From: Selaginella moellendorffii
Lineage: Eukaryota; Plantae; Lycopodiophyta
Direction: 5' to 3'
DNA: 64,000 bases
Assembly (NCBI RefSeq): GCF_000143415.4
Contig: NW_003314261.1
Coordinates: forward strand, 3,049,266-3,113,265
In this document: one piece after another, positions 35,640 through 49,462 of the stretch
Layout of the letters: every line of letters starts with the position of its first letter
Position numbering within the stretch: the stretch's first letter is position 1
Notes under the pieces: generated by a model
The model's input: only the letters and a program-made list of their open reading frames with translations
What the model was told of the DNA's origin: nothing
Database searches by the model: none
Program-made: the position numbers and the translations under genes

Positions 35640-37499
35640 CTACGAGCTGACTAGCAGACGAGTGGAAGATGTGGATGATGACGATGACGACGAAGTCGCA
35701 GTAGTGCCAGTGGCAGCAGTGGTCACATCCGAAGCAGCACCAGCAGCAAGAGGAATGCAAGCGCGCTCGGTGATGCGCTGCATGTTGATCTTGAGGCTCC
35801 GCTCCACCAGCCTGTTTACCGCGCGTCGCTCCTCCGAGTAGAGCTCTCGTTCGAGAAGCTGCCGCCGCTGCTGGTGCTCGTGCTGCTGGTGCTGCTCATC
35901 GTCTCCCTCGCCCTCCTGGAGCAGCAGGCAGCAGTAGGAATTCGTCGACGAGGAGTTGTCATCGTCGGCCGCCGCCAGGCACTGGAGAGTCCGAGACGCG
36001 CGGTCCTGGACGGCCGGGCTGCCAATGAGAACGAGCTCGAGCAGCATTGACGAGCATCCCGCGCGGCACATGGCGCGGCGCTGCGACTGGCTGCACTGGG
36101 CCAGGACCATGACCACGTATACCGCGCGTTCGATGAGGCCGCGGGTGACGGTACCGCCGACGCCGCCGCGGTACGGGCTGGCGACACTCGGACAGTATCC
36201 ACAGCGGCCCCAGTTGAGAATGTCGGTGAAGACGAGACACGAGCTCTCCACCCGCGCCATTGCCCGGCGGCCGGGGGACGTGGACACGAGGTTGGCGGCG
36301 GTAGCTACCGCGCGGCTGCACAGCTCGGGCTCGTACGCCGCCGACAGCACGGCGGGTACCGCGGCGGCGGCGCACAGCACGGGCGCGTTGGTCGGGCAGA
36401 GGGAGAGGTTGTAGAGCGCGGCCATGGCGTCGCGGCGGGCCTGGTCGGTGGAGGAGCTGTCGAGGACGGTGGCGACGAGGCTGGCGCCGGCGCCCGGGGA
36501 GGCGGCGATGGCGAGCTTGTTGGCGTCGAGGGCGCTGAGGCTGAGCAGCGCCGCCACCGAGGATTCCAGGAGCTGCATTTGGATGTGGGAGCCAGGGTGG
36601 CTCTTGGCAAGGCGGAGGATCTTTGGGATGGCTCCCGCCGCCACGATCGCCGCCTTGTTCCTGCGAGAGTAACGTAAGGATCGAGCTTTTGTCAAGCGAG
36701 GGACTTACTGATCGTTCCGGACGGAGAGATTGAGCAGCGCCGCCAGGCCCGCCGCCGCCGCCGCGGTGTTGAGCGAGTCGAGCATCGCGACGAGCGGCGG
36801 GATGGCGCCCATGAGCGCCAGCGTCGTGCGGGCGTCGCCGTCCCGGCGGCACGCCGCGCGGATGTCCGCCGCCGCGCTGGTTTGCTCCTCTATGTCGCCC
36901 GATTGGAGGCGGCGGACCATCTCCATCCTCCGCCACATCTCCGCCTTCTTTCGATCCTTTTGCTGCTGCTGGTGCCGATCATCCTCTTGTTCTTCCTCGG
37001 AGAAACGAAAGCTTTTCTTCTCCTCCTCTCCATCTTCGTGATGATTGCCTGGAAGCTTTACGAGTTGGCGCTCTTGCGGGAAAGTTCTTCGTTTGCTTGC
37101 GTTGCTTGTGGTGGTGGTGGTGGCGGCGGCGGTGGCGGCGTTCTTGTTCTTGCTCTTGCTCCTGGTGTAGCAGCGATGGGAGTTTGCCGTGAGCGCCGAG
37201 AGCTCGACGTGGAGCTGCTTGCAGCGGAAGACGTCGTAGACGCTGAACCATCTCTTGTCGATGGGATTGGGAGATGCGGAAGGAGAATTCGTGGTTGTGC
37301 TCGTCGTGCTGGTGGTCGACGATGGCGAGGGCGCGATGATGTCCGGCTTCCTCTTCTTCTTCTTCTTCTTGGCACCAGTGTTGTTGTTGGTCTTTGATCT
37401 GGCGTCGCTGCTCTTGAGAATTTCCCGGCCTACTACAGTCAACTCCCTGGTGGGCTCGCTTCTCATACCCGGCGATTCAATCCCTTGGAGCAGCTCCAT
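35640..37499 (-). CDS. ARM-repeat protein (PUB-like ARM repeats, no U-box seen), 2 exons
   Basis: ARTTLALMGAIPPLVAMLD...LAALLNLSVRNDQ|NKAAIVAAGAIPKIL, ALLSLSALDANKLAI and RRDAMAALYNLSL, with a low-complexity N-terminus. The start codon is uncertain. Confidence 0.85.
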
Positions 37500-38186
37500 C
37501 CATCCATTCCAGGATTCATACCTGTGGAAGCTCGCGAAGATTTTCCATTCCCGGGAAGAAGAAGAAGAAGAAAAAACCAACAAGTTAAATGTGTGTCTTG
37601 CTGCGCAACTTATAAAGCGGAATCGCTCTCGATCTTGATCCGGTTGGCTTCAGCTGAAGCACGCCCCCGTTCTAAATCCGTGACGAGGACAGGCACAAAC
37701 AAACCAGCTGCTGCGAGGCGAGGGAAGTCAAGCGCAGGAGTGAGATTTTTTTGGATTTGGGAAGAGAGAGATCAACAGAGCAGAGTGGCAGGCCAGTGAG
37801 AGGTGATGAATTATTGCTTGTCACTGCTGCTGCGGCTGCTGGGCTGCTGCTCATCTCCAACGAAAAGAAATCAATGCAGGAGCGAGCCAACAGCTGCATT
37901 CAATCGCCCAGGTTAAAGTGTTCTCTCCTCCCGTCTTGTTGCTTCTTTTCCCTGTGTGTTTGTGTGACGCTGACTTCTCGCTAGGAGTCTGCTACAGAGA
38001 GATTATAATATACTCGTGCGTGATCAGATCAGAGTTCCTCCTTTTTTTTTTTTGCATAGCCTGTAGTAGATCAGCACAGGGGGCGATTCGTTCGTCAGGT
38101 AGCGAGTTATAGAAAGCGAGTTCGTCGTCTCGATCAACTTAACACCGACCCCGCGAGCAAAACTAGGAAGATCCAGGAAAGGGAGT

Positions 38187-38229
<43 letters not shown>

Positions 38230-39315
38230 CTGCCAATGGATTGACCCCTCGGGTTGGGGGTGGAACTTGCGAAGCGTGTATTCATTTTGGCATTGTCTTC
38301 TTCCCCAATCCTCCCCCTGCGATGCGACCAACCTTCCATTAAATGCGAGACCTTCCCCGCGTTTTTCCATGGCCAGTCAACGGTAGTCCACTCCAGTCAA
38401 GGTCAACAAGCTTTTCCGAAAAGAACAGCTGTGTTTTCTCTCGCGCTGCCTAGATTCGCGCACAAACAAAAGGCATATAATACAGAAGAAAACAACCTTT
38501 GATCCTTTTTGGAGTGAGTCGGATCGATTCTTCTCTTCTTTGTTTTCCTTCTTTCCATCCCGCAGCTTTTAGCTTGCTTCCAAGGTGGTAAAAGCAGCGC
38601 ATCTGTGCGAGCTCTACTCGCCCAGAGAGGAAGCCTCAAGATTCAAGAGGAAGGCGAAGAGATCCTGTAGAGCGGCGTACAACTTACAGCAAAGATTCCG
38701 GCTGATAATGTGAGCACATGGAGCTCCTGCGCGAGGGACAGTCGCGTGGAGCTAGCCATTTTCGCGTTTGTGCGTCCAGCCAGGCACAGAGATCTAGCGA
38801 GAGAACAAAGTTAGATCACTTAGCACCACGCGAAAGCCTTACAAGCTAAGAAAAAGATACATCATCACCACTCACCGAGCACCACCGCCTGAAACGCGTC
38901 CAAATGACTCGGCCTCCCTGATGCCCACGTAAAAAAGTAAGTTCCAGACTCATGATCAATGATCCTCGGGAACTGTTTTATACAGAAACTTCGAGTACCT
39001 GGTATGCACTCCTTGGAATTGTCTGCGTAAATCGCGAGCCACCACGATCCTTCCAACAAGTTTTAAAGCCGGTGCCCGCGTGTTATCCTGTAACATGCGA
39101 TTAGATAGATGTTTTTCCAATCTTTGGTTGTGAAACGCTAATATAAAAAGGCCATGGCAGCCGCAATCACCCATAGAAAACGCGAAAATCGCTGCCTTGC
39201 TGCCATTGCCAACAAAGTGAAGACAAAACATCGACAGTCCACGTACCATTTTATAGACACCGTAGCCAACGTCGCTTAGAAAACCATATCGAGGAGCGCT
39301 GCCTGGAAGGAGGCA

Positions 39316-42300
39316 CTAGAAAACATTGTTGAAGCTGAGGCCACTCGGTGACTCGATTTCTACGATATGTTCGTCGTCCGACGCGTCACTGGAATCTCTG
39401 GAAGCGGCGCGGTCGTTTCGTCGGTTTTGAGTCCGCAGGGGTGCAAGATGCGCGGAAACTGGAATGTTTGGCAAGCTGGCCAGTTGAGTTTCATGTAGTG
39501 ATAGATTTGCAGCTGGCTTTTCTTGTTGTTGCTCTGGCCGGATTTGACTAGTGCTGCTTTTCTTTCGTTGAATATTTGGCTGTTCCACATGAAAAAAGAA
39601 GAATAAACAACAGAAACTATTAAAATGCACTTGTAAGTACCTGAAAGAAAGTTGCGAAACTCCGAGCTCTCCCCGACCTTGGTTTCCGATCAAAACTGCT
39701 CATTCTAGCTCGCTGAATGAAGCTATCACGTCCCAAGCTAGAACGGCGAGGAAGCAGCGACATGGAAGACGTCGCGGTAAACAAATCGCATCTAACAATG
39801 ATCAGGCGTGATCGTGCCACGACGTCAAGAACACTTCCATAGTAACTTCCATCTGAAAACCGCAAAACGTTTAGATATGTGAAAGAATGAACGCATGTCG
39901 TGTTACCAGATGCCTGCAAACTAGCACGATGCGGACAGACAACAGCCGAAGGGGCAGCTATAATCTCGTCGCTTTCGTCTCTTTTGATAAATCCATCAAC
40001 GAGCAAAGCTGTTTCACCAGGCCGAAGCTCGACAACCTCACCTCGGAGGCAGGATACTGTGGTACTAGAGCTTTCAAACACCAATCGCAGTTCATGCATT
40101 GCGAGCAACTCAAATGTCTCGGGAAGAATTATCTTTGATATCGCAAGTGTACTTTCCTGCAGACAAAAGCTTTGAAATGGCACCAAGAAAATAGAGGAAA
40201 CAAAGAGTGTACCTGCCAAAAGTAGTGTTCTAGCCTTGGCTCGGATCGACAAATTGAAAGCACTTTGGATGCCTCCAGAAAAAAACACTGAACCACAGAA
40301 TCCGCAGTCAACTCGCACAAGTAAGGCATCCCCATGAGAACTTCATAGAGACCCAGCGTGCTCCCATGGGCAAAAACTGGATGAAGAGAGCGGTTCTTGT
40401 CCAAGTTTCGCTTGCTCCACTGTGCAAACACAAAATGCTCGTGAGACGAGGAGTGAAGAACTTAACGTACTTTGACAACTCCGTTTGCTATAAGCCACAG
40501 GCCATCCGCTCGCGAGCCTTCTTCGCAAATAACATTACCACGTAGTTTCAAGCACTGCTTCGCACAGCTCACAAGTTGCGCCTGGATGTGATCGGGGAGG
40601 GCAGCAATGAAAGGATGATCACGCAAAACCTGAGAGCCTTTGGGTATCTTTACAGTAGGAGGTTTTCTTAGTAGTTTTTTTAGCTCTAGCTGCAATAAAA
40701 CGTAATCTGTCAAGTTACTCCAGAAAGCTTGGTACCTTACCTGAATAGCATCACTGAGCTGCACAGTTTCCTTCTCTTCCAGCAGGCCTGATTTTTCCAG
40801 GCTTCTGATATAGTGATGGAGGCGTACTAGAATTGCATGTACAACTTGCTTAGTTTTAACCACTCGTAACACCTGCATTGCAATACTTACTTAATATGCA
40901 AGTTCATAAGAACAAGAGGAAAAGCTGTGACATACCTGTGAAAATGTAAGTCGGATGTCCTCTAGAAATCGTTTAGCTTCCAGCTCCTCGTCCTCGCTTT
41001 CTTTTATAACAGCTTTTGTTACCTCGGTTTCACCTGAAAGGCAGAGCTGCTGATGTAGGGAAATTTCAACTGTAATGCAGGAGCTTACCAATAAAATCCC
41101 GAATATGGCGCCGAACATATACATGCGCACGTAAAAATGCTGCGGTGACATAGCACCCAAGTTCTAGCCTCTCTACTACCAGATAGTGCACTAGTTTCTG
41201 TGGAAAGAAGGGGCGTTTGCTTTGCAAGAGCTTTAAGTATTTCGGAATGTGAACGTATGGCCGCAAACCAGTCCAATCCGAAAGCTCCTCCTGCTTGGCG
41301 ACTCCGTCGAGAGCTTCGTCTACGGATTGCATTAGCAACAATGCAGCATTCTCCGAAATCCTCCCTTCCTCTAGCATCTGCCAATATGCAGCTTGTACTC
41401 CTGTGTCACAGTTGTAACTGGTCACATCCAAAAGGAGTTGAATTGGCGGTGCATACCGTTTAGAAATCGCAAGCGCGTATCTTGCAATTGTATACTCCGT
41501 GAATCCTCGACATTTGGCGCTAATCCATGGGGATGATGACCCCTCCCAAACTGGTTCAAGCAGCCAATGTACTTATATACAGTTGTCATGTCGGCAGGTC
41601 CGAGCTCCTCGTCTTCTCCAAGCTCTTCATACGCTTCAACCGCTTTCATATTCATATCATGCATGACATGCTCTAGTACAAGCCTCTACAAGTTCAGACC
41701 GTGAGAACGCGTCAGTGAATTGCAAAGAACGTAGCGTTTACCTTAGTATCCGTTGTCTTTTCCATGCGAAGGAACCTTAAGAGGAATTGTGTTGTAGTCC
41801 CGTTGATAGTAAGCGTAAGAAACACCACCCCACCCGTGAAAAATACAAACTAGAAAACCGAATAAGGATATCCATTGAGAAAAACAAACTATCAGCTAGC
41901 TAGCTAACCTTTGCTCGGGTGATCTCCGAGACGTTCCCAGAAACCTGCATAAACAACCTGAATTCAGCGAAGCACGACTACTTTAGGCACTTACATTGAC
42001 AGAAAGTGATAGCGCTAGAGCAACAGCCCCTCGCAGACCAGCCCAAACAAGAACTGTTGCCTCCTTCAAACTTAGACCATATCCGTAGTATCTTAAACCA
42101 GGATACAGAACTACCACCACAAGAGCTCTTGACAGTTGGACAAAGAGGTAAAGAAGGACCAGATATCCCCAGTCTCGGGCTGGAAACAGCATTGAACCGC
42201 GAAGCTTAGTACGAGGAATTCCACCACTAGATAATAGATATCTACCTTCAATAAACGATTGACTTCGTAGGATGTTCTCGGCAATGACAACGCCGCTGCG

Positions 42301-43793
42301 CAAGAACCGGGACGATGTAAACATTTGTCTTGCTGAGAAACACACTTACCTTAGCAAGAAGATGATAGTGTTGGCAAAATAAGCGACCATGTTCCTGAAA
42401 GCTAGTTTATTTAGTTCCTATTCTCAGCGGCTGATATACACACTGTACCAAAAGTGATGCATAGCTTGTTGACTTTCACCTCTAAAAGCAGTCCTGGCAA
42501 AAGCTGCAAGAAACCTTGAAAGCAAAGGCATTATGAGCTTCAACACGGGAATCTTACATGCCAACTGTCATGACGGCCAAGACACCGGAAACTTCCGCCA
42601 CAGATTGTGCCTAGTACAAGAAGTTGTTACAAATATAGCCTCAAAGCCTCTCAGGTAAATATCTTACTAGAAAGAAAGCGAAGTAGCTTGCTGCGAATGT
42701 CAATGTAATCTCCATAACAGTATCGTTGAATATAAATCCCAGCCATAGTACCGTTATCATCCCAATAATCAAACCCAGTCCCAAGCTGCGAGCAAAACTC
42801 CAGCCAAATCAATTGAATCCGAAAGAGAGAGTAAGAGAAGTAAAAATCCTTACGCAAGAAGTGAGACTTTAGACAGGAACTCGATCACATCGCCTGGAGA
42901 GAAATGCTTGCCCATTGCCATCTGATGAAACAGCTCAAACACAACCATTGCAGTCCTGCAGCACATGAAACGACTATCACACATGTATAATTTGACACCA
43001 AGTTTCACGCACCCGTCGTTCATCAACGCTTCTCCATCGATGATGGTGTTGAGCTTCTTACTAGCTCCAAGGTCCTTGAGCAAGGCCACCACAGCCACGG
43101 GATCTGTAGCGCTTAGCAAGCCTCCCAAGAGCAAGGAAATGCTCCAGTTCCATCCATACGGAAACACACACTGGCAAACAGGAGAGCCAAATATACACTT
43201 TAGTTCCAAACAGGCTGAACTTACGTGATGCACGAGGGCGAGACAAAGAGTCGATATGATCACTCCAGGGACCGCGAGCAACAACATCTGGATTATACAT
43301 CTCTGTCCGCATGACCAGAAGAATCAGGACACTAGCGAAGCATTACTTGAAACCAGTACCTTTATTTGGTGGAACTCCATGGAGAAAGAACTATCGAAGA
43401 GGAGAGCAGGCAAAAACACGAACAGTATGAGGTTTGGATTGATCTTGGACCCTGAAAACATTTTATCTCGCGGGAATTTGTGACACGAGAGCTGGAGAGA
43501 GAGTTTACTTACACATTCGTATACTCTGACCAAGTGCTCCAAGGCCACGATGAGTTCCATGCTCTGGAAATTGGGACAAAAGATAGCATAAACAGTGAGA
43601 AGGAGAGAAAAATAAACGTACCGAGAGAACCAAGTCCGATTCCAATGACTAGCAAAACAACAGTGTAGGGAACTTTTATCTTGCCGACCATCTGGCGAGA
43701 GAGCGTCCCAATAAAGAACGCTACAACCACGAAGAGAATTGCAATCTCTGGACCCTCTCCTCCATGATCGCTTTGATCATCCTGCGAAGCCAT
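39316..43793 (-). CDS. SOS1: Plasma-membrane Na+/H+ antiporter SOS1/NHX7, multi-exon
   Basis: LFVFLPALLFDSSFSME, LLGGLLSATDPVAVVALLKDLG, IIDGEALMNDG, WAGLRGAVALALSL, LGEDEELGPAD, QAAYWQMLEEGRI, a cNMP-binding-like HGSTLGLYEVL, and C-terminal HIVEIESPS. Confidence 0.96.
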
Positions 43794-44453
43794 AGCCTTT
43801 GCTAGAAGAAAACGAGGACGGGGACTCGTGGTGCCGCTAGATTTTTAAGCACCAATGGTCAACGATGGAGAAATCCTCACGTTCCCAGCTACTGTGCCGC
43901 TGTCACCGTATTGGCGCGATCGCTCGAGACGATGGATCGATATATTATTTTGTGGAAATCTAGAATCGATAGGATTCCTCGTCCGGCCTGCCCTATCTCA
44001 CCGTTGAATCGAAAACTAAAGATTAGGGATGACGATCGATAAGAATGCGAGGGACAAGGATCCCTTTTAAAACGTTAAAATTTCATGACCACAGGCAAGT
44101 GACAACTACGTGCCAGAAGTCGCGGTTTGGCGTACGGCACGTTCCTTTCTCTCAAGACAATGCTTGCACCACCGAAGAACGACCTTCTGCAAGCACGCAT
44201 CATTGACCAATCAACCAATAGCACCGGAAAAAAGAGGCTATAAGGGGGAAAGTGATCTTCAATGCTCTCTCCAGCGACGTGGTTTTTCCCGTGCTACAAC
44301 CGACGTCCTCTCCTCCTGCATATGTTACTTCTTACAGCTTTGACGAAACTATGAAATACATTACCGGTAAGACGAGTCTTTTTGTATCTGACGGATCATG
44401 GTTAGCCACTCTTCTTAGCTCGTGTTTTCTGTGTCTGTTGATCAAGCTCTGAA

Positions 44454-46868
44454 TCAGCAAAGAGAAGATAGATCATCCATTACCAATTTTATTTCGCTGA
44501 ATAGGCGCATAAGCGAAGCCGACGAAGCCTGAGAGAAAAAAAAAGGATTCTTTGAGGAAAAAAAAAAAGAAAGAAAGAAAAGTTTTGTGGCCGCACCTCA
44601 AGGACGGACATGTTTTCTACTGTCCCGTGAATAATCACGGAACTCAGCCACGAATATGTGTTTTTGCCATCACTAGGAAATTCTTTTTCTCGTCGCAAAT
44701 CATCTGCAAGAGCAGCGTTAACATGCATTGATATAAGTAACAAAACGCAGGACTACCTCTAGGCACGAGCATTGCGCTCATGTCTTTGACAGGAACCGGG
44801 CAGCTTTCATGGCCAAGCTTGCGCCGTTGTCGACCTTCAGCAAAAGAAGAAAGAGTAAAGAGAAAGTAGTCAAGATTGAACAGAGGTACCTCTTGCCTGC
44901 TCGAACTTCCGATTTGCTGCAACACAGCCTGTAAGAAGCGAACATGATCGATGGTTTTCTCAAGAAGTGCGTCGATGCTACACTGATCAGCAGACATTTA
45001 TGAGCAGTTGAAAAAAGATACGTAGACAAAAAGAGAAAAAATCATACCTTTTCTGCGTTTGGAACAATGCCTCTGAGCTCCTTCACTCGGTCTAGAATTT
45101 GCGGCCTGCCCCTTGATTGTGGTTTTCCTTCTTCTTGAGGCCTAGCTCGCTTGACACCAGTCGGCTGCTGCTCATCTTTCTGTAGTGGTGATGGCGACGA
45201 CGAGAATAGCATACTTGAAACAAAGTCTGAGCTTGCACCAAGCGCATGATCCCGCGCAACAGACAAGTTCATATCGTCTGCCATCGCTTGCGTTTCAATG
45301 CCTGCTTCTGGAACCACCTTTGGCAAATCTTCTTCTCGGTAATCGTTACTATCTTTTGGCAGCAGAGCGAAGAATTGGTCGATGTCTTCAACACCTCTGG
45401 GCATTAGACTGTCAAACCCGCGGTCGTGAAATGCATCTGCTGGGAGTAGCAAGCTGTCGAGATCAGGAAGCTCAGTTGCACTACCGGAGCTTCCTACACC
45501 ATGAGCTTCATCTGTACTTTCTTCCGTATTAGAATATGAGAGTGTAGTAGTCGGTGAAGTTCCATCATGCCGAGCCTCACAAGGAAAACCAACGCCCCCA
45601 AAGCTGCTGCAAGCTTCATTCGTTCCTCTCGATCTATGACGGGCTTGATCCAGAATCGTTGTCCCGGTGGATAGAAACATAGCAGGAGAACTTCCATCAC
45701 AAACGTTCTTCGGACCTGCTAACAAGTTTTCCATGTCTCTTAAGTTTGACGCCGCAACACCTGCATTCATGAAGAGATTTCCACCAGAAACCTGTGATCT
45801 CGAAGAACAGCTGAACGGGAACGGTGGCTGATGTGTAAGAAGGTTTGGCGCCGGTGCTGCCGTAAGCGCCTGGATGGGAGTCATATACCGAAAAGCTCCT
45901 CCTTGAGTTGCTGCTTGGGCATTCACGTAGTCAGGGAAAAATGCTCCAGGCACCCTTTGAAGCGTGCAAAACATAGTCCTGACGTGCGAAACCATTTCCA
46001 AGTCTTCCATGATCTGCCAATAGACATCAAAAACGAAAAGAATGAAGTGAAAAGATTGCTCACTCTCTGCGTAGATCCCAGCTGAACAACACCCTGCGGC
46101 ACGGATATAACAGCTATTGTCTGCAGGCATATTGCTATTCAGAAACGAAATGAGAGAAGGATCCTCCCAAGAACATGTAAACTCACTTGAATCCCTGCAG
46201 CAAATTGGCTCGCCCATCCAGCCGGGTACTGCTCATCAAACAGGTGGATCTTGTCAGTGATGAACAAGAACAAAAAAAACTTATAAAGAAGGCAAACCAC
46301 AAAACAACAAGAAGAATGCGAAGACCTTTTCATGTAACGTTCCGTCCACTCGTCCAAAGACCCATTGGTGCTTCTGTGTGAAAGCCACACGACCAATTAT
46401 CCTTGAAAAAAAATCGCACAATTAGAGCTCGCTGCTAAAAACGCAAAACAAGACAAAAAAAAATATCCTAGAGCAAGGTAATGCTCGTTACCCTTCGCCC
46501 AAGGAATAGACGTGGTAGCACATCTTGGCCACCGCCAAGCCAATCTGATCGTGAGAAAAAGAACTCGTCCCCGGAGCGCCAGAGTTTGCCGCTCGATCGA
46601 GAGGATTTCCTCCAGCAGCAGCGGCGGCGGCGGCGGCGGCGGCACTGGCGGCCGCCGCTGCGGAGTAATCGCAGTAGGCATCCTCCCAAGTAAGAACCCT
46701 GGCATCCATCGATCGCGAGGGAGAAATTCGCGAAACGTAGGCGATCGATAGCGATCCAAGCGAAATCCAAGAAACTTACATGCGATTGCGGCGCTTGAGG
46801 CGCCAGAACACCGCGTAGCACCAGCCGCTCTTGCCGCACAGGCTGCGCAAGCTCTGCTGGAGAAGCAT
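44454..46868 (-). CDS. LONESOME HIGHWAY (LHW)-family bHLH with an apparent frameshift at about 44646
   Basis: MLLQQSLRSLCGKSGWCYAVFW...VLTWEDAYC...YSLGEGIIGRVAFT (MYC_N domain), LDRVKELRGIVPNAEK|CSIDALLEKTIDHVRFLQ (LHW-type bHLH) and ACT-like MICDEKKNFL. In-frame TGA at 44644-44646, with homologous-looking sequence continuing in a shifted frame to 44454. Confidence 0.85.
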
Positions 46869-47088
46869 CGCTCACACGAGGAGAAGAGATCGAGCGCCAA
46901 CGCCATATCTATCTTCCCTATCCCTCCTTTTATACTCGCATAAAAAAATAAAAACAAAAAATCCAGCGATGGGGTTGACCACAGGGTAAAATATAGTCAG
47001 GTGGCTTTGACACTCACTACTAGCTTAGTTTATCAACTGACGAGCAAACTTTTTTTATTCTCAAAAATTTTCTTCCCGCAAAAACTAG

Positions 47089-49462
47089 CTAATAAGCAGC
47101 ACGAACAAAGACCTGCAAAGACAATGGAGACGATCGATCACGACTGTGATAGAGAAAAGCGAAGAAGAGAGCTCTCTCACCATGGTAGCGCCTAGAACAA
47201 CGAGAAGCGCCACTCCAATGGCCGCTATGATCTGCCAGTGATCCTGGAGCGAGCGCTTCTTCCTCAGCTGGAGCTTCACCGGGGTGTTCTTGGCCGGTTT
47301 CTTCCCGCGGCGTGTCACGCTCGATGGCTTCTTCTCCTCAGGCGATGGCTTCTCGCCGTTCTCGGCAGCCACGGGCGGTTCCAAGTTTTCCTTTTCCTGC
47401 TCGGAGGGCGAATCGGCGCCTTCTCCGGCTTGGTCTGTGGCGGAAGTTTTCTTCCGGAGTCTCTTCTCCCTTTCCTGCAATGGAGGAGAGCTTGAAGTCA
47501 GACAAGAGTGGGGAGAGAGACTTGACGAACCTTTTCCCTGCGTTGGAGTTCCTTCTCGATCCGGGCCTGGGCCTTGGCTTGCTTCTTCTCAGCTTGCCTC
47601 TTCTTCCTGGCCTCGGCTTCCTTCGCCTTTTGAATCTCCACCTCCCTTCGCTCGAGCTGTTTCGCCAGCTCCGAGATTGCTGCTCGCTCCGCCTCCACCT
47701 CATCCTCGGCTTCCACGACATTCTCGCTCTCCTCAGAGACAGGCTTGGCTTTGGTTCCAGCTTCCTTGGCTTCCTTGGCATCGGACTTCTGCTTCGTTTT
47801 CGCAGCAGTCTTCGATGGCTCAGCCTTGACTTCAAGTGTTGGCTTCGGCGCTTCCTTCTCTTCTACTACAGGTGCCGGTGCAGCAACGGGAGGTTCATCT
47901 TTCGGGAGCTCATACGGTTGTTCGTTAGGTCCTAGCGACCTGCCGTCCGGGGTTGCCAAGCGCCTGATTGTACTCCGGAGATTGTTCTTCATATACTCCG
48001 ACCGGAAGGAGGTATCGTTGTTCCAAAGTTCCATCACGCGCTCCACCTGGTGAAAAATGTCAAAAACAAATGACACTTCAACTTCACCAGACCTGGGCGG
48101 AGCAATATTCTTTCAAGGCCCCTGTATCTTTGGCGTACGCAAGCTGCTTGGCCGTGTTGATATCCCGCCTGTTTTGGTGGAAATCGTTGTTCTGCATGGA
48201 CAACAACACCGTTTAGCCTTGAAATCAACACTGGTTTATCCAACAGCCGCACCTTAGCATACTCTTGCGCTGACAAACTTCTACGCTCGTTGAAGACTTC
48301 GTCAATAATTTCATCAAGCGCCTTCCTCTGAGACGAAAGAATCTTAATCTCCTCCGTAAGGGCCGAAACCCTGTCTTCCAACGGTTTTACTTTGGACCAC
48401 GCCAGGTTCTTTTTCTTTGACAATTCTTCAATCTCCTCGTTCAGTGACTACGCCACAATTCAAAATCCTGTTAGCCTGGACACTAAGTTACATGAAAAGC
48501 ATTACCTTGAGTCGCGTTTGATAGCCTTGCTTGGCATCCTGTTTGGAAGCACGAAAGCTTGCATTGATAATTACCTGCTCGCGAGTGGCTTTAAGAGCCT
48601 GAATCTCGCGAATAATCTGTTTCTCTTCTCGTAAAGTTAACGGACGATCAAGCTGCTGTAAGTCATGCTCTAAGCCCGCAAGCTGAAACTCATTAGCAAT
48701 TGGTCAGTAAACTATCCACAAGCATAGTGGGAGCTTCACCTTTGCATCGAGATCTTCCTCCGATCTACAAACATTAGACATACCCGCATAAGGCAACTCA
48801 TTGATTTTCTTAAGCTCCGCGGCCACAGGCTTGCTCTCTTCTATTTTCTCCTGGAGCTCGCCTCGGCACTCCCTAAAATAATTTCGAGGCTCGACAAGCT
48901 TGTCAAGCAGTTCCTGTTTCTCCGCCTGCAAACAAAGAAAGAAAACAGTGAGAGTTGTTCTTCCTTTTCTCTCTTTGGAACTAGGGAGTGAAGAACTTAC
49001 TCTCTTTTGCTGGAGCTTTGCGATAAGAGAATTTTTCTTCTCAATCTTATCCTTAACTTGTGCGTCCGTCGTCGTCCTAAAATCCACTAGATTGTCCCCA
49101 CGTTTCGGAATTCTCACGAGGTAATACGTGAACACCGATTTTGTCGTGGGAGCTACTGCGGCCACTCCCCCGGGCGGATCACAGGAAGCAAATCCTTGCT
49201 CCGGCCATTCCGAGCTCGCCTCGCTGGGAGTAGCCCCGCCCACAATCGGAGCCTTCGCTATATTCTCGTCATTGTCGCGCTGCACAGCTTCCTCGAGAAT
49301 CCCACTCTCCGCGTGATCCTCGATCCCATCGGCAGCGTCATCGACCGAGGAGGGTGCTTCGTCTTCCACCGCCTGGTGATTCTCCTCCTCGGTATCGGCC
49401 GCCGCCACGGCATGCAATTTCTCGGCGGTGTCCGCCGCGATCGCCTCCGACACTGCTCCCAT
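47089..49462 (-). CDS. Proton pump interactor (PPI)-family coiled-coil protein with a C-terminal membrane anchor, multi-exon
   Basis: YYLVRIP, SEEDLD, LTLREEKQIIREI, QVERVMELWNNDTSFRSEY...STIRRLATPDGRSLGPNE, RIEKELQRREK, and a hydrophobic tail WQIIAAIGVALLVVLG. Confidence 0.85.

Noticed and set aside
46868-46906. Out-of-frame upstream ATG overlapping the LHW-like ORF (the family has known conserved uORFs)
   Set aside because: It lies only about 22 nt after the TATAAAA box, so probably at or before the TSS, and the peptide is not convincingly similar to the conserved uORF.
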